NCBI GenBank assembly: GCA_049860595.1
Contig: CP187551.1
Origin: Methanocaldococcus sp. 16A
GTDB lineage: Archaea > AGJL01 > Methanococci > Methanococcales > Methanocaldococcaceae
Strand: one strand, 5' to 3'
Length of the DNA stretch: 64,000 nucleotides
The notes under the pieces were generated by a model. It saw only the letters and a list, made by a program, of their open reading frames with translations. It had not been told where the DNA came from and searched no databases. The translations under genes and the position numbers were made by a program. Positions 19,278 to 31,164 of the stretch are shown here, piece by piece; the stretch's first letter is position 1; the number at the start of each line of letters is the position of its first letter.

Positions 19278-21395
19278 ATGGCAAATTTTGATGAAGAGGT
19301 TTTTAGAGCATATTACGAGCATAAAATAAAGAGTTTTATAAAGGAAGAGCTATCTAACAACTTAATTAAAAATAATATTTTTGAATTTGATATAGAAAAG
19401 TTTTTAATGCATTTCCCTGATGCCTGTGAAGTTAATGATTTAATTATTGAAAGACCAAAAGAAGTTGAAGAAATAATTTTGGATATATTTAAAGAAGCTT
19501 ATGTTGAGTTGTTTGGAGAAGATAAAGAGTTAGAAAAAATACAAATTGCATTTAAAAATCCAAAAGGTTGTGAGAAGTTAATTGAAGATATATCATCATC
19601 AGACATAAATAAATTGACTAAATTTGAAGGGGTTATAGTCAAAGCAGGAAAGGTTTGTGCTTTATTAAAAAGAGCCTGCTATGTATGTCCAAGATGTGGA
19701 AATATAAGATATAAGACAATACACAACTATTTTGAAATTCCTGAAGTTATTTGTAACAATGGGGATTGTAAAGAAAAGATGGTTATTGACTATGAGGAAT
19801 CTACTTACATAAATATTCAAGAATTAGAGATTCAGCAACCAATTGACTTAATGAAAAACCCAGATGACCCGCCAAGAAGTATAAAGGTTTTCTTAGAGAA
19901 CAGTCCTGGGATTTATTCCGGAAGAGTAGATGTCGTAGGAACAGTATTAAAGAAAAAAACAAGACCTAAACTACCCGTATTTGAAATTTTTGTTAAAAGT
20001 AATTATGTTAAAATATCTGAAAGCTATCAAAAAATTGAAGTTAGAGATATTTTAGGGAATGAAGAGCTTATAGAGACCTTAAATGAATTAGGTAGAAAGA
20101 AGAATATTATTGACATCTTATCAAATTATCTAATATCTCAAATAAAGGGCTATGAATTAGTAAAGAAAGCAATATTTTTACAGCAAATTAAAGGAGCTTT
20201 TAAATTCTTACCAGATGGAACACCTTTAAGGAGAGACAGTCATATTTTATTAATTACAGACCCTGGAATTGGAAAAACCACTATGCTTAGAAGAATAGCA
20301 AGATTATTCCCTCAAAATGCTTATGCATCAGTAACTACTGCTACTGGAGGTGGATTAACTGCTAACGTTATTAGGGAGGCTACAGAAATTGGAGATGGAT
20401 GGGTAGTTAAGCCTGGAGTGTTTGTTAGAGCTAATGAAGGAACCGCTTGTATAGATGAGCTAACTGTAGATAAAAATGTAATGAAATACATCTTAGAAGC
20501 TATGGAAAGTCAAACAATACACGTAAATAAAGGAGGAATTAATGTAAAGCTTCCAGCAAGATGTGCAGTTTTAGCGGCATGTAATCCAAAGAGGGGAAGA
20601 TTCGATAGAAATTTAACAGTTATAGAACAGATAGATATTCCCGCTCCATTATTAAGTAGATTTGATTTAATATTTCCATTAATGGACAAACCAAATAGAA
20701 AAGGAGATGATGAGATAGCTGAGCATATATTAAACACCCACATAGAAACAGCAACAAAAGATTACAAAATCTTAGGAGCTATTGATATTGATGGAATTAC
20801 TGTGGATGAGAAGCTTTTAAAATACTATATCATTTACGCAAGGAGCTGTGCATATATAGAAGAAAATCAAGACCTATATTTAGGAGAATTTGATGAAACA
20901 AAGCTAATTATGCCATATTTAACTGATAAAGCAAAGAAGATGATTAAAAAGTATTACTTAGAAATGAGAAAGTTAGGAGAGGGGGATAACCCAATACCTA
21001 TAACTGCAAGACAGTTAGAAGCTATTATAAGAATTGCTGAGATGCATGCAAAGGCAAGACTATCAGATAAGGTTGAAGATGTCGATGCTGAAGTGGCGAT
21101 AAGTATTATTGATGATTGTTTAAAGCAAGTAGCCTATGACCCAGAAACAGGAACTTTAGATTTAGATAAAATAGCAGGAACTCCAAAATCAAGAAGAGAT
21201 AAAATGGATGCTGTCCTAAATATTATTAGAGAGATTGTTAGCTTAAGGGATGATGGCTTAGCACCAGAAGAAGAGATATATGAGAAAGCTGAAAGTATTG
21301 GTTTATCTGAAAAAGATGTTGAAAATGCTTTAGAATATTTAAAAAAAGCAGGGGATATATACAACCCAAGAATTGGATTCTGGGGGTTGTTATAA
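19278..21395 (+). CDS. mcm: MCM replicative helicase family protein (no intein)
   Basis: C4 zinc finger, TDPGIGKT, IDE, EAMESQTI, LLSRFD, TARQLEA; C-terminal winged helix. Confidence 0.95.
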   Translation: MANFDEEVFRAYYEHKIKSFIKEELSNNLIKNNIFEFDIEKFLMHFPDACEVNDLIIERPKEVEEIILDIFKEAYVELFGEDKELEKIQIAFKNPKGCEKLIEDISSSDINKLTKFEGVIVKAGKVCALLKRACYVCPRCGNIRYKTIHNYFEIPEVICNNGDCKEKMVIDYEESTYINIQELEIQQPIDLMKNPDDPPRSIKVFLENSPGIYSGRVDVVGTVLKKKTRPKLPVFEIFVKSNYVKISESYQKIEVRDILGNEELIETLNELGRKKNIIDILSNYLISQIKGYELVKKAIFLQQIKGAFKFLPDGTPLRRDSHILLITDPGIGKTTMLRRIARLFPQNAYASVTTATGGGLTANVIREATEIGDGWVVKPGVFVRANEGTACIDELTVDKNVMKYILEAMESQTIHVNKGGINVKLPARCAVLAACNPKRGRFDRNLTVIEQIDIPAPLLSRFDLIFPLMDKPNRKGDDEIAEHILNTHIETATKDYKILGAIDIDGITVDEKLLKYYIIYARSCAYIEENQDLYLGEFDETKLIMPYLTDKAKKMIKKYYLEMRKLGEGDNPIPITARQLEAIIRIAEMHAKARLSDKVEDVDAEVAISIIDDCLKQVAYDPETGTLDLDKIAGTPKSRRDKMDAVLNIIREIVSLRDDGLAPEEEIYEKAESIGLSEKDVENALEYLKKAGDIYNPRIGFWGLL

Positions 21396-21496
21396 GTCCT
21401 TATTTTTGTATTTATTATTTTAATTTTTATTAATTATAAGTTACATAAATCATAAATTTTAATAATTTGGTTTTAAATATTAAATATTGTGAAAAT

Positions 21497-21889
21497 ATGA
21501 AAAAGAAAAAGTTCTTAGAAAAAAAACTAAAGAAGATTGCTTTTGAAAGAATTGACATATTAATGAGCTTAGCTGAAGAAGAGGCAAAAAAAGGAAATTG
21601 GGATAGGGTTAAGAGATATGTTTATTTAGCAAGAAGAATAGCTATGAAGATGAGAATAAGATTTCCTAAAAAATGGAAAAGAAGGATATGTAAAAAATGT
21701 GGAACTTTTTTATTATATGGAAAAAATGCAAGAGTTAGAGTTAAAAGTAAGAGGTATCCTCACGTTGTTATAACATGCTTAGATTGTGGGGCAATATATA
21801 GAATTCCAATGATTAGAGAAAAGAAAGAGAGAAGAAAAAAGAAATTAGAAGAAAAATTAAAGGCAAAAAATAGTATGGTGAAAGAATGA
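21497..21889 (+). CDS. rnp4: RNase P protein component 4 (Rpp21)
   Basis: IAFERIDIL, KRRICKKCGT...ITCLDCG zinc ribbon; ATG at 21497. Confidence 0.92.
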   Translation: MKKKKFLEKKLKKIAFERIDILMSLAEEEAKKGNWDRVKRYVYLARRIAMKMRIRFPKKWKRRICKKCGTFLLYGKNARVRVKSKRYPHVVITCLDCGAIYRIPMIREKKERRKKKLEEKLKAKNSMVKE

Positions 21890-22611
21890 CAGGCAAAGTT
21901 ATCTTAGTAGGAGCTGGACCAGGAGACCCAGAGCTGATAACAATAAAAGGTTTAAAAGCCATTAAAGAAGCAGATGTTATTGTTTATGATGATTTAATAT
22001 CAAAAGATTTATTAAATTGTGCTAAAAAAGATGCTGAATTGATTTATGTTGGTAAAAGGAAGGGGAAACATTCATTTAAACAGGAAGAGATTAATAAAAT
22101 ATTAGTTGAAAAAGCTAAAGAAGGGAAGTTAGTTGTTAGATTAAAGGGAGGAGACCCATTTGTTTTTGGTAGAGGAGGAGAAGAGATTTTGGAATTAAAG
22201 AAGCACAATATACCTTATGATATCATCCCAGGAATTACATCAGCTATAGCAGTTCCAGAAGTCGCTGGTATTCCAGTTACACATAGAAAGGTCGCTACTT
22301 CATTTACAGTGGTTACTGGGCATGAGGCAGAGGATAAAAAAGAGAAACAGGTTGATTTAAGCAAGTTGAATGCAGATACTATTGTAATCTTAATGGGCAT
22401 AACTAATTTAGAAAATTTAGTTAAAGAGTTGTTGCAAAATCCTAAAAGAAGCAAAGATACTCCAGTAGCAATTATTATGGAGGGGACTACGAAGAATCAA
22501 AAAGTTATTAAAGGGACTTTGGGAGATATTGTTGAAAAAGCAAAGAAAGAACATGCAAGACCTCCAGGAGTTATTGTTGTTGGAGAGGTTGTTAATGTCT
22601 TAGATAAATAA
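21886..22611 (+). CDS. cobA: Uroporphyrinogen-III C-methyltransferase
   Basis: VGAGPGDPELITIKG, VRLKGGDPFVFGRGGEE. Confidence 0.95.
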   Translation: MTGKVILVGAGPGDPELITIKGLKAIKEADVIVYDDLISKDLLNCAKKDAELIYVGKRKGKHSFKQEEINKILVEKAKEGKLVVRLKGGDPFVFGRGGEEILELKKHNIPYDIIPGITSAIAVPEVAGIPVTHRKVATSFTVVTGHEAEDKKEKQVDLSKLNADTIVILMGITNLENLVKELLQNPKRSKDTPVAIIMEGTTKNQKVIKGTLGDIVEKAKKEHARPPGVIVVGEVVNVLDK

Positions 22612-22636
22612 AAAATATTATATTTTTGTGATATAA

Positions 22637-23959
22637 ATGATAAAAAATATTGCTGTAATCTATCCAAACAAATTTAAAGCTGGAATTTCTTGCTTAGCTG
22701 TGCATGTATTAGCTAATCATCTAAGTAAGTATAAAGATTTAAATGTAGGGGTGTATTTCTTAGAGAATTATGAAAGGATAAGAAATTTTGATGCAATTTT
22801 TATAACTTTGCAGTATGAAAATGATTACTTTAATGCAATAAAAATAGTTAAAGATTTAAGAAAAACTAATCCAAACGCTGTTTTTGTTGCTGGAGGGCCT
22901 TGTGTAATGGAAAACTTTTATCCTATAGCTGAGTTTTTTGATGCTGTTATAGTTGGAGAGATTGAAGATAGCGATGTGATGCTAAAAGTTATAAATAGAG
23001 AGTTTGATATCGAAGGAGTTTATTCAAAATTTTTAAATAAGGATAAAGTTAAAAGGATATATCCAAAAAAATTAACCATAGAGGATTATCCAATATATCA
23101 ACCAACTTCTGAAGAAGGAGCTTATGGAAAATCATTTTTGTTAGAGCTTGGAAGAGGTTGTCCAAGAAGATGTAGATTTTGCTTAGCAAGAGCTATATAT
23201 TATCCACCAAGGTTTAGAAAGCTTAATGATTTAATGTATTTGGCAGAAGAAGGAGTAAAAGTTAATAAAGTCAATAAAGTGGCATTAATAGCTCCATCAG
23301 TTGGAGATTATAAATATATAGTTGAACTCTGTAATTTTTTGGACGATTTGGGAGTTCAAATATCCCCTTCTTCTTTAAGGGCAGATACTTTAAATGAAGA
23401 ACTAATGAAAATTTTGAAACCAAAAACATTAACAATAGCTCCAGAAGCTGGAAGTGAAAGGCTGAGAGAATTTATAAAAAAAGATATTAAAGAGGAAGAT
23501 ATATTTAACGCGGTTGATTTAGCTAAGAAATTTAATGTTGAGAAAATTAAACTCTATTTTATGGTTGGTATTCCAACAGAATCAGAGGAAGATATTGAAG
23601 AGCTCATAGATTTAACAAAAAAGATAAAAAAAGAGATTAAAAAAGTTGAAGTATCAATTAATCCAATGATACCAAAGCCACACACAGATTTTGAAAAAGA
23701 ACCTTTTGATTCATCATCTAAGAAAAAAATCAAGTATATTGAAAAAAATCTAAGAAAAGAAGGAGTTAAAGTAGAGTATGAATCATTTAATTCAATGATT
23801 TGTCAATGTGTTTTAGCCAGAGGAGATGAAAAATTAAGCAAATACTTAGACACTTCAAAAAATATAGCAAGCTTCATAAGTGCTCTAAAAAAAGATAACT
23901 TATTAAATAAATACTTAGGGAAGATAGATAAAATGCCTTGGAAAAGGATAATTATCTAA
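22637..23959 (+). CDS. B12-binding-like radical SAM protein
   Basis: [10 protein letters not shown] (CxxxCxxC), [21 protein letters not shown]. Confidence 0.85.
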   Translation: MIKNIAVIYPNKFKAGISCLAVHVLANHLSKYKDLNVGVYFLENYERIRNFDAIFITLQYENDYFNAIKIVKDLRKTNPNAVFVAGGPCVMENFYPIAEFFDAVIVGEIEDSDVMLKVINREFDIEGVYSKFLNKDKVKRIYPKKLTIEDYPIYQPTSEEGAYGKSFLLELGRGCPRRCRFCLARAIYYPPRFRKLNDLMYLAEEGVKVNKVNKVALIAPSVGDYKYIVELCNFLDDLGVQISPSSLRADTLNEELMKILKPKTLTIAPEAGSERLREFIKKDIKEEDIFNAVDLAKKFNVEKIKLYFMVGIPTESEEDIEELIDLTKKIKKEIKKVEVSINPMIPKPHTDFEKEPFDSSSKKKIKYIEKNLRKEGVKVEYESFNSMICQCVLARGDEKLSKYLDTSKNIASFISALKKDNLLNKYLGKIDKMPWKRIII

Positions 23960-25370
23960 AATTATTTAAAGCTACTTCAAGATATCTTATAAACTCCTTC
24001 TTATTATTAGGAATATATGCCCCACAGGCAAATTTATGCCCTCCCCCACTACCATCAACTTTTTCAGATGCATATTTTATTGCTTTAGCTAAATTTATAT
24101 CCTCTGCGAAGCATAAAAGCTTAGGACATCTTGCAGAGACCTTATAGCCGTTATCATCTTCAGTTATTGCAAATATTGGCTTCATCCAATCTACTTCTTC
24201 AATAGAATAGCTCATTCCAGCAACAATTCCTACAATATTTGGCATAATTTTATCTGTTTCAAAGTATTGGAAGTTTTCTTTTTTAATTATCTCAACATCA
24301 TTCTTTACATGCTCTAAAGCTTCTCTTAAATTATTCCTATGCTTCCTCAAATTTGAAAGCATTCTACTATAATACTTTCCTCTATCTCCCATTAACACAT
24401 TTAAGGCAGTTTCATAATCTCCATATCTTGAACATGCATTTATACAAGTTGAAAATTCCTCCAAATCTCTCAATGGAGAGCCAAATTCCTCATATCTAAA
24501 TTCATAAACCTCCCCAAATATGACCTTTGGAATATATGGAGTCCAATGATTTGGAACATAGCTTAAGCATTTTATTAAAAGTTCATTACCAATAATTTTT
24601 TTATGTTCAAAAGGAATCTCAGCTATTCTCATAGTAGGGTTTATCTCAATATCATACTTTTTATTTATGTATTGGATGTATTTTATTATTCTTGAATCAT
24701 TGTTTAGTAAATCAGTTCTAATATCTGCCCAATATCTCATAGATACAAATAAAGGTCTTGTCTGCCTACCATACATCTGCAAATCCATAGATTTTTTTAT
24801 GTCTCCAGCATTTATAGCATCCTTTAAGATTTTTTCATTTAAACCTGTTAATTTTCCTTCTATGTTTTGAATATCACCAACAGCTCCTAAAACCGCATAC
24901 TTAGCCAAGTCTATCCATTCATTGTTAATTGTTTTTGCAAATAAGTAAGATACTCCTGCTCCACAAATTTCAGCCCCACTTTTTCCTATTGTTAGAGGGT
25001 TTATATGAACAATAGTTTCAGGAATCTTTATCTCTTCAGGTTGATGGTGGTCTAAAATGATAATTTTATCTTTTTTATCTAATAAGTTAAGCTCTTCTAA
25101 TTTTTCTTTAATCATTTTTAATTGCCCGCTACCTAAGTCAGCAAAAATTATTAAATCATAATCCTTAAATGGAATCTCATTTATTGTTTCTATTGTAATT
25201 TGTTTTAAAAACATAAAATCAGCATCTAAGTTTAATCTCTCAGCTACTTTTTGTAAAATAACTCTTGATGTCAATCCATCTGTATCTATATGCGTAACTA
25301 TTAAAATTTTGTTGTTTTTGTTTTTTTCTAATACCTTAGCACCTTTTTTTAATTCATTCCAATTTTCCAT
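23952..25370 (-). CDS. RecJ/GAN-like DHH-family ssDNA exonuclease
   Basis: [28 protein letters not shown]. Confidence 0.88.
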   Translation of the reverse strand: MENWNELKKGAKVLEKNKNNKILIVTHIDTDGLTSRVILQKVAERLNLDADFMFLKQITIETINEIPFKDYDLIIFADLGSGQLKMIKEKLEELNLLDKKDKIIILDHHQPEEIKIPETIVHINPLTIGKSGAEICGAGVSYLFAKTINNEWIDLAKYAVLGAVGDIQNIEGKLTGLNEKILKDAINAGDIKKSMDLQMYGRQTRPLFVSMRYWADIRTDLLNNDSRIIKYIQYINKKYDIEINPTMRIAEIPFEHKKIIGNELLIKCLSYVPNHWTPYIPKVIFGEVYEFRYEEFGSPLRDLEEFSTCINACSRYGDYETALNVLMGDRGKYYSRMLSNLRKHRNNLREALEHVKNDVEIIKKENFQYFETDKIMPNIVGIVAGMSYSIEEVDWMKPIFAITEDDNGYKVSARCPKLLCFAEDINLAKAIKYASEKVDGSGGGHKFACGAYIPNNKKEFIRYLEVALNNFR

Positions 25371-25522
25371 AGTTTCACTGAAAATTTTGCGGTTTTTTTC
25401 TCTTATTATTGCAAATTATTGATAAATAAGAGAAATAATTTAATATTTTTAAAATTCAATTTCATAAGCTTTTGATTTATATTAAAATTATATAAAAAGT
25501 TCCTTATTAAAATATTAAATAG

Positions 25523-26761
25523 GTGATTAAAATGGATGATAAATTTGCCTCTAAGTTTGAGATAGATATTTTAAATAAACTACTTAATAAAAATTTCTCT
25601 TATGATTTAGCTATAATTCTAAAAAAAATTGGCGGATTGGATTACAGAAAGAAAGTTTTTATTAATGGAGAGTGCATTGGAATATTAGAATTTGATTTAG
25701 TTGATTTAGATTGGAAATTTCATCCTTATGCACCATATTACTTAATAGAAGAACCAAAAATCAAAATAAAGCCAACAAAAAGAAGATTAAAGGGTAAAAA
25801 AGTCCCAATTGATTTAATTGAAAATCTTGAAGAACTCAATAACATTAATGAGAATGATTATATTGGTGTTGAAGTAGGAAATTATGTTGGTGTAGCAGTT
25901 AAAAAAGGAGATACCATAAAAATCAAAGACCTAACTTTAAAGAAAGAGCTTAGATTTGAAAAAATCGAAGATTATCTAAGAAAAAACCAGAAAAGAATTA
26001 AAAAATTAGAGAAAAAATCCATATCAATAATAAAGAGATATTATGAAAAATGTAAAGATAAAGGTTATGCCATAAACGCCTCTTTTAGTGGTGGAAAAGA
26101 TTCTTCTGTCTCTACTTTATTAGCAAATAAAGTTATAGACGATTTAGAAGTTATATTTATAGATACTGGTTTAGAATTTAAAGATACTATTAAATTTGCT
26201 AAAAAATTTGCTAAAAAATATGATTTAAACTTAGTTGTTTTAAAAGGAAAAGACTTTTGGGAATATTTAGAAAAAGAAGGAGTTCCTACAAAAGATTATA
26301 GGTGGTGCAATAGTGTTTGCAAATTAGAGCCGTTAAAAGAGTATTTAAAGAAATATAAGAGAGTTTATACTATAGATGGCTCAAGGAGATATGAAAGTTT
26401 TACAAGAGAAAAATTAAGTTATGAAAGAAAAAGTGGATTTATTGAGAATCAAATAAACGTTTTTCCAATATTAGATTGGAAAGGTACTGATGTTTGGAGT
26501 TGGATATATGTAAATGATGTTATCTATAATGAGCTTTATGATAAAGGATTTGAAAGAATTGGATGCTATATGTGTCCATCTGCATTAAATTCTGAGTTTT
26601 TGAGAGTTAGAGAGCTTTATCCAGAGTTGTTTAATAAATGGGTTGATGTTTTAAAAAGATTTAGCTATGATGAAGATGAGATTTTGAGAGGCTTTTGGAG
26701 ATGGAAAAAATTCCCTCCAAAAATGAAAGAGCTAAAGAAAATCCTAAAAAATAAAAAATAA
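25523..26761 (+). CDS. APS/PAPS reductase family protein
   Basis: SFSGGKDS, DTG, RWCNSVCK, RIGCYMCP. Confidence 0.85.
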   Translation: MIKMDDKFASKFEIDILNKLLNKNFSYDLAIILKKIGGLDYRKKVFINGECIGILEFDLVDLDWKFHPYAPYYLIEEPKIKIKPTKRRLKGKKVPIDLIENLEELNNINENDYIGVEVGNYVGVAVKKGDTIKIKDLTLKKELRFEKIEDYLRKNQKRIKKLEKKSISIIKRYYEKCKDKGYAINASFSGGKDSSVSTLLANKVIDDLEVIFIDTGLEFKDTIKFAKKFAKKYDLNLVVLKGKDFWEYLEKEGVPTKDYRWCNSVCKLEPLKEYLKKYKRVYTIDGSRRYESFTREKLSYERKSGFIENQINVFPILDWKGTDVWSWIYVNDVIYNELYDKGFERIGCYMCPSALNSEFLRVRELYPELFNKWVDVLKRFSYDEDEILRGFWRWKKFPPKMKELKKILKNKK

Positions 26762-27406
26762 TTAATGTATGCTATTATATAATCCAACTATTCCAATAAA
26801 TATTATTTGAACTGAAATTGCCACTAACAACAGCCCCATAATCCTTACAAATGCGTTGATTCCATATATATTAACTCTTCTAATTATAAGGTCAGTTAAT
26901 GACAAGATGATTCCAGAAACAAGCATAGCTGTTAATATAGATAAAACAACTACTCCCTTCTCTATAATAGTATGGGCTTTACTAATAAGAATCATAGTGG
27001 TTGTTATAGCCCCAGGACCTGAAATTAAAGGAATTGATAATGGAACATAAACTATGCTATCAATATCTTCAAGCTCTATTTTTTCATCTGGTTTATGTTT
27101 TGTTTTTGGAATTTCTGCATGAAGCATGTCCCATGCTATTTTAAATAGCAAAATTCCTCCAGCGACTCTAAAGGCATCTATTGTAATCCCAAAATATCCA
27201 AAAATATAATTCCCAAATAAAGCAAATAGCAACAAAACTGTAGTTGATGAGACTATTGCCTTTTTAATAATCTTAACTCTTTGCTCTTTTGGGTAAGGAT
27301 AGGTTAGAGAATGTACTATTGGGATTAAACCAATTGGGTCTATTGTAATAAAGAGAGAGACAAATCCATAGATGTAGAAGTTGATAACATCCATATCATC
27401 CACCAA
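26762..27406 (-). CDS. MarC (NAAT) family membrane protein
   Basis: DPIG, FRVAGGILL, PLSIPLISGPG, RIMGLLL. Confidence 0.9.
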   Translation of the reverse strand: MVDDMDVINFYIYGFVSLFITIDPIGLIPIVHSLTYPYPKEQRVKIIKKAIVSSTTVLLLFALFGNYIFGYFGITIDAFRVAGGILLFKIAWDMLHAEIPKTKHKPDEKIELEDIDSIVYVPLSIPLISGPGAITTTMILISKAHTIIEKGVVVLSILTAMLVSGIILSLTDLIIRRVNIYGINAFVRIMGLLLVAISVQIIFIGIVGLYNSIH

Positions 27407-27422
27407 ATTTTAGTTAAAGGAT

Positions 27423-28511
27423 TTACCACATAGAATATAAAATACTTCCAAGAATAATCCACCAAACTAAAAGGGTTATTGAGCCCAAAGTTCTTTCATT
27501 TATAAATAACTCTAATATATCTCCAATTTTAGAAATAAATCTATTTTTTCTTTCTTTTAATAATTCTGGGAAAGCATTCCATACGTGAAAGCCGTCTAAA
27601 GGCATAGCTGGGAGTAGGTTAAATAAAGCTAATAGGAAGTTAAACCAGTAAGTCCAGTATATTGTATTTATTAATAGTGCTGTGTTTTCTGTTGGGGAAA
27701 CCATAACCCCAATCTTTCCTTCATCAGAACTAATGATTTTATACGTCAGTATTTTATTATCCCTCAAAACTTTTATTTCATACTCTTTGTTTGGTTCTAT
27801 AGTTTTAGCAAATTCTTTAAAATCTTCTAATGAATTTAGTTTTTTACCATTAATCTCATAAATAACATCTCCTTTTTGCAATAACTCTGATGCAGGTTCT
27901 TTAACATCAACAATTTTTAACTCTGTTGGCAATGTATAACTAAACGATAGTAATGGGATAGATATTAAAAAAATCAATAAATTTGCTAAAGGTCCGGCTG
28001 AAGCAATAGCTCCTCTAATTTTTTTATCTGCATTTTTAAATTCATCTCCCAATTCAACAAAAGCTCCTAATGGAAGCCCCAATAACAATAAAATTCCAGA
28101 GCTCTTAACCTTAATTCCAAATGATTTGGCAAATATACCATGTGCTAATTCATGCACAGAGATTGCTATTAATAGAGCTATAATCCCAGGAATCCATGGA
28201 ATTACATCTCCAAACAAAAACACAACTGGTTTTGCTGCTTCTTTTGGAAGAGTTCCTGATAATAGCTTTATACTCATACTTATTATATTGAAAAGCATAA
28301 TAAATCCAAGTATTACACATAGAGGTATTGATATAATCCCTATTTTCTGCCAAATTTTATACTTCCCTAATTTTTCAATTGTTTTCATCCCAATTTTAGT
28401 CCTTAAAATTCCAAAAATTCCTCCATAAGTTTTTAAGTTTATTGAATCCCTAATAGCATATAGAATCAGCCAAATTATTATTGCCACAATTAAGATGAAT
28501 TTAGATTCCAT
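27423..28511 (-). CDS. Site-2 (M50) membrane metalloprotease with PDZ domain
   Basis: HELAH, AGPLAN, NLLPAMPLDG; PDZ-like LQKGDVIYEING. Confidence 0.9.
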   Translation of the reverse strand: MESKFILIVAIIIWLILYAIRDSINLKTYGGIFGILRTKIGMKTIEKLGKYKIWQKIGIISIPLCVILGFIMLFNIISMSIKLLSGTLPKEAAKPVVFLFGDVIPWIPGIIALLIAISVHELAHGIFAKSFGIKVKSSGILLLLGLPLGAFVELGDEFKNADKKIRGAIASAGPLANLLIFLISIPLLSFSYTLPTELKIVDVKEPASELLQKGDVIYEINGKKLNSLEDFKEFAKTIEPNKEYEIKVLRDNKILTYKIISSDEGKIGVMVSPTENTALLINTIYWTYWFNFLLALFNLLPAMPLDGFHVWNAFPELLKERKNRFISKIGDILELFINERTLGSITLLVWWIILGSILYSMW

Positions 28512-28618
28512 AAACTACTCCTCCATAATTTGATCTTAATTAAATTCATAAATAAATGAAAAAAATATATATAATAGTTAGTATGAACTCTACCACATAA
28601 AATAATAATGGTGAGGTT

Positions 28619-29056
28619 ATGGAAGCTTTAGTATTGGTAGGGCACGGTAGTAGATTACCATACAGCAAAGAACTTTTAGTAAAATTAGCTGAAAAGGTTA
28701 AAGAAAAAAATATATTTCCAATTGTTGAAATCGGTTTAATGGAATTTAACGAGCCAACAATACCACAAGCAGTTAAAAAAGCTATAGAGCAAGGGGCTAA
28801 AAAAATCATTGTTGTTCCTGTTTTCTTAGCTCATGGTATTCACACAACAAGAGATATTCCAAGATTATTAGGGTTGATTGAAGATAACCATGAACATCAT
28901 CATCACGAGCATGAACATGGGCATCATCACCACCATCACCACCATGAACATGAAAAGTTAGAAATTCCAGAAGATGTTGAAATTATCTATAGAGAACCTA
29001 TTGGAGCAGATGATAGAATTGTTGATATTATAATTGATAGAGCATTTGGAAGATAA
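28619..29056 (+). CDS. cfbA: Sirohydrochlorin Ni/Co chelatase (CbiX-S/CfbA) with His-rich insert
   Basis: LVGHGSR, PVFLAHGIHT, poly-His tract. Confidence 0.9.
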   Translation: MEALVLVGHGSRLPYSKELLVKLAEKVKEKNIFPIVEIGLMEFNEPTIPQAVKKAIEQGAKKIIVVPVFLAHGIHTTRDIPRLLGLIEDNHEHHHHEHEHGHHHHHHHHEHEKLEIPEDVEIIYREPIGADDRIVDIIIDRAFGR

Positions 29057-29178
29057 ATTTAAGAATTAAAAACTTAAAATTATATATTTTATTTTATTGA
29101 TACTAAAAACACCAAAACTTTTAAACTATTTTTTATCTATTTTTTACAAAATTTTTTGATTTTTATGGAGGTTGTATT

Positions 29179-29991
29179 ATGTTTGCTCCAGGGCATATTA
29201 CAGGATTTTTCTCAATATATAAACATTATGATAAATTAAAAACAGGCTCTACAGGAGTTGGAATTACTGTAGATAAAGGAGTTACTTTGGAATTAAAGGA
29301 AGGTAATGGAAATGTATTTTACAATGGAGAAAAAGTAGAAATTTGTGTAGTTGAAAAAGTTGTAGAATATTATAAAAAATTTGGATATAATGGGAATTAT
29401 GATATAATCTTCTCATCTGATTTTCCTTTAGGTAGTGGTTTAGGAATGTCTGGAGGATGTGCTTTAATATTAGCTAAAAAATTAAATGAAACACTAAATT
29501 TAAATGAAAATTATGTAGAAATAGCTCATATAAGTGAAGTAGAGTGCGGTACTGGATTAGGAGATGTTATAGCCCAATATACAAAAGGATTTGTTATAAG
29601 AAAATCTCCAGGATTTCCTATAAATGTTGAAAAAATTGCTGTTGATGATGATTATTATATCATAATTGAAATTTTTGGAAAAAAAGAGACAAAAGAGATA
29701 ATAACTAATGAAGAATGGATTAAAAAGATAAACGAATATGGAAAAATATGTTTGAATGAACTTCTAAAAAATCCTACTTTGGAAAATTTTGTTAATCTCT
29801 CATACAAATTTGCAGTAAATACTGAACTAATAGACGAAAAAATTTTAGAAATCTGTGAGGACTTAAAATTTACAGTTGGAGCTTCTCAATCAATGTTAGG
29901 AAATACTTTATTTTGCATTTCAAAAAAAGAAACGTTAGATGATGCTCTATCTATTTTAAAAAATCCAATTGTTTGTAAAATATATTATTAA
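29179..29991 (+). CDS. Pantoate kinase (GHMP kinase family)
   Basis: PGHITGFF, GSTGVG, PLGSGLGMSG, AHISEV..GTGLGDV. Confidence 0.85.
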   Translation: MFAPGHITGFFSIYKHYDKLKTGSTGVGITVDKGVTLELKEGNGNVFYNGEKVEICVVEKVVEYYKKFGYNGNYDIIFSSDFPLGSGLGMSGGCALILAKKLNETLNLNENYVEIAHISEVECGTGLGDVIAQYTKGFVIRKSPGFPINVEKIAVDDDYYIIIEIFGKKETKEIITNEEWIKKINEYGKICLNELLKNPTLENFVNLSYKFAVNTELIDEKILEICEDLKFTVGASQSMLGNTLFCISKKETLDDALSILKNPIVCKIYY

Positions 29992-30011
29992 AAAAGAATT
30001 GAACTAACTAA

Positions 30012-30641
30012 TTAAATTTCTATCCTAAAAACTACAACTGGAATATTAACAACTTTCTTTTTATGAAATTCATATATTGCAGGAATTCTAAAAAATGCCT
30101 CATATATATGAGTTATATTTCCTCCTTTATCTTCAACATACTTCATAACAAAATCTTTTGTAGGATAGTTATGGATTGTATAAATTACATCCCCAATTTC
30201 CAAAGCTTTATCTAAAAATATTCTATCAGCGTGTTTTTTCTGAGCTCCAAAAGGAGGGTTTTGAATAATAACCTTCTTTAAATTTCTATCCTCTCTAAGC
30301 ACGTTATTTAAAAACTCATCATCAACATCTCTAATATCCATGCAATAAAAATCTACATCAACATTCAGCTTTTTAGCATTTTCTTTCGCTACTTCTATAC
30401 TCTCTCTATCAATATCTACACCAATAACTCTCTTAGCTCCCAAAATTTTACTACCTATAGCTAATCTTCCAGTTCCACAGCCTAAATCAATAACAACATT
30501 ATTGTAAAAATCATTCACAGCAAAAAATAAAATATCACTTGCTAATTTCCCATCTATTGTATATTGTTCTAAATCTACTTTTGGATTTGGATGCCTTTTC
30601 AAAGAATCCAATATCATCTCTAAGTGCTTTTTCTTTATCAT
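30012..30641 (-). CDS. METTL5-like N6-adenine RNA methyltransferase
   Basis: LEQY, DLGCGTG, NPPFG. Confidence 0.88.
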   Translation of the reverse strand: MIKKKHLEMILDSLKRHPNPKVDLEQYTIDGKLASDILFFAVNDFYNNVVIDLGCGTGRLAIGSKILGAKRVIGVDIDRESIEVAKENAKKLNVDVDFYCMDIRDVDDEFLNNVLREDRNLKKVIIQNPPFGAQKKHADRIFLDKALEIGDVIYTIHNYPTKDFVMKYVEDKGGNITHIYEAFFRIPAIYEFHKKKVVNIPVVVFRIEI

Positions 30642-30711
30642 TCCTTCACCTAATTAAATATATAGTTTTATGGATGTTATTTAATATAAAAAAATAAATT
30701 AATATTATTAA

Positions 30712-31164
30712 TTATTCAATATTAATTCCTTTCTTAATTGATGTTTCTGCTTTTGGTAATGTAACTGATAAAACACCATTTTCAAATTTTGCAGATGCAT
30801 TTTCTTCTTTAACAGTTGCAGGAAGTTTTATTGTTCTATAAATCTCTTCTTCTTCAGGAATCTCTGAGTAAATAATTCTTTCACTTTCAGTAATCATCAA
30901 TGGACTTCTTTTAGCCCTAATTTCTAATGTATCTCCAATTGCATTTAAAACTATATCCTCTTTATTAACTCCTGGCAACCATGCAATAACTTTTATGTGC
31001 TTGTCTCCCTCAATGATTGAAATTGGCATAAATCCTTTTCCTGATATTTGAATTCCTGTTGAGCTTTGAATCATTGTAGTGCCGGTCATTGGTGTTGTAA
31101 AGAATTCTTTAAACATTCTTTCAAACAATGTGTCAAATGGGTCTCTTCCAAACATGTCCCCCAC
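30712..31164 (-). CDS. Small heat-shock protein (Hsp16.5/Hsp20)
   Basis: [32 protein letters not shown]-terminal INI. Confidence 0.95.
   Translation of the reverse strand: MGDMFGRDPFDTLFERMFKEFFTTPMTGTTMIQSSTGIQISGKGFMPISIIEGDKHIKVIAWLPGVNKEDIVLNAIGDTLEIRAKRSPLMITESERIIYSEIPEEEEIYRTIKLPATVKEENASAKFENGVLSVTLPKAETSIKKGINIE

Noticed and set aside
25397-25435. 11-bp inverted repeat TTTCTCTTATT / AATAAGAGAAA upstream of the RecJ-like gene
   Set aside because: Single AT-rich instance with a 17-nt loop and no second copy; it cannot be distinguished from chance.
28889-28951. CAT/CAC-rich repeat tract
   Set aside because: It encodes the known His-rich insert of CbiX-S/CfbA and is not an independent repeat.
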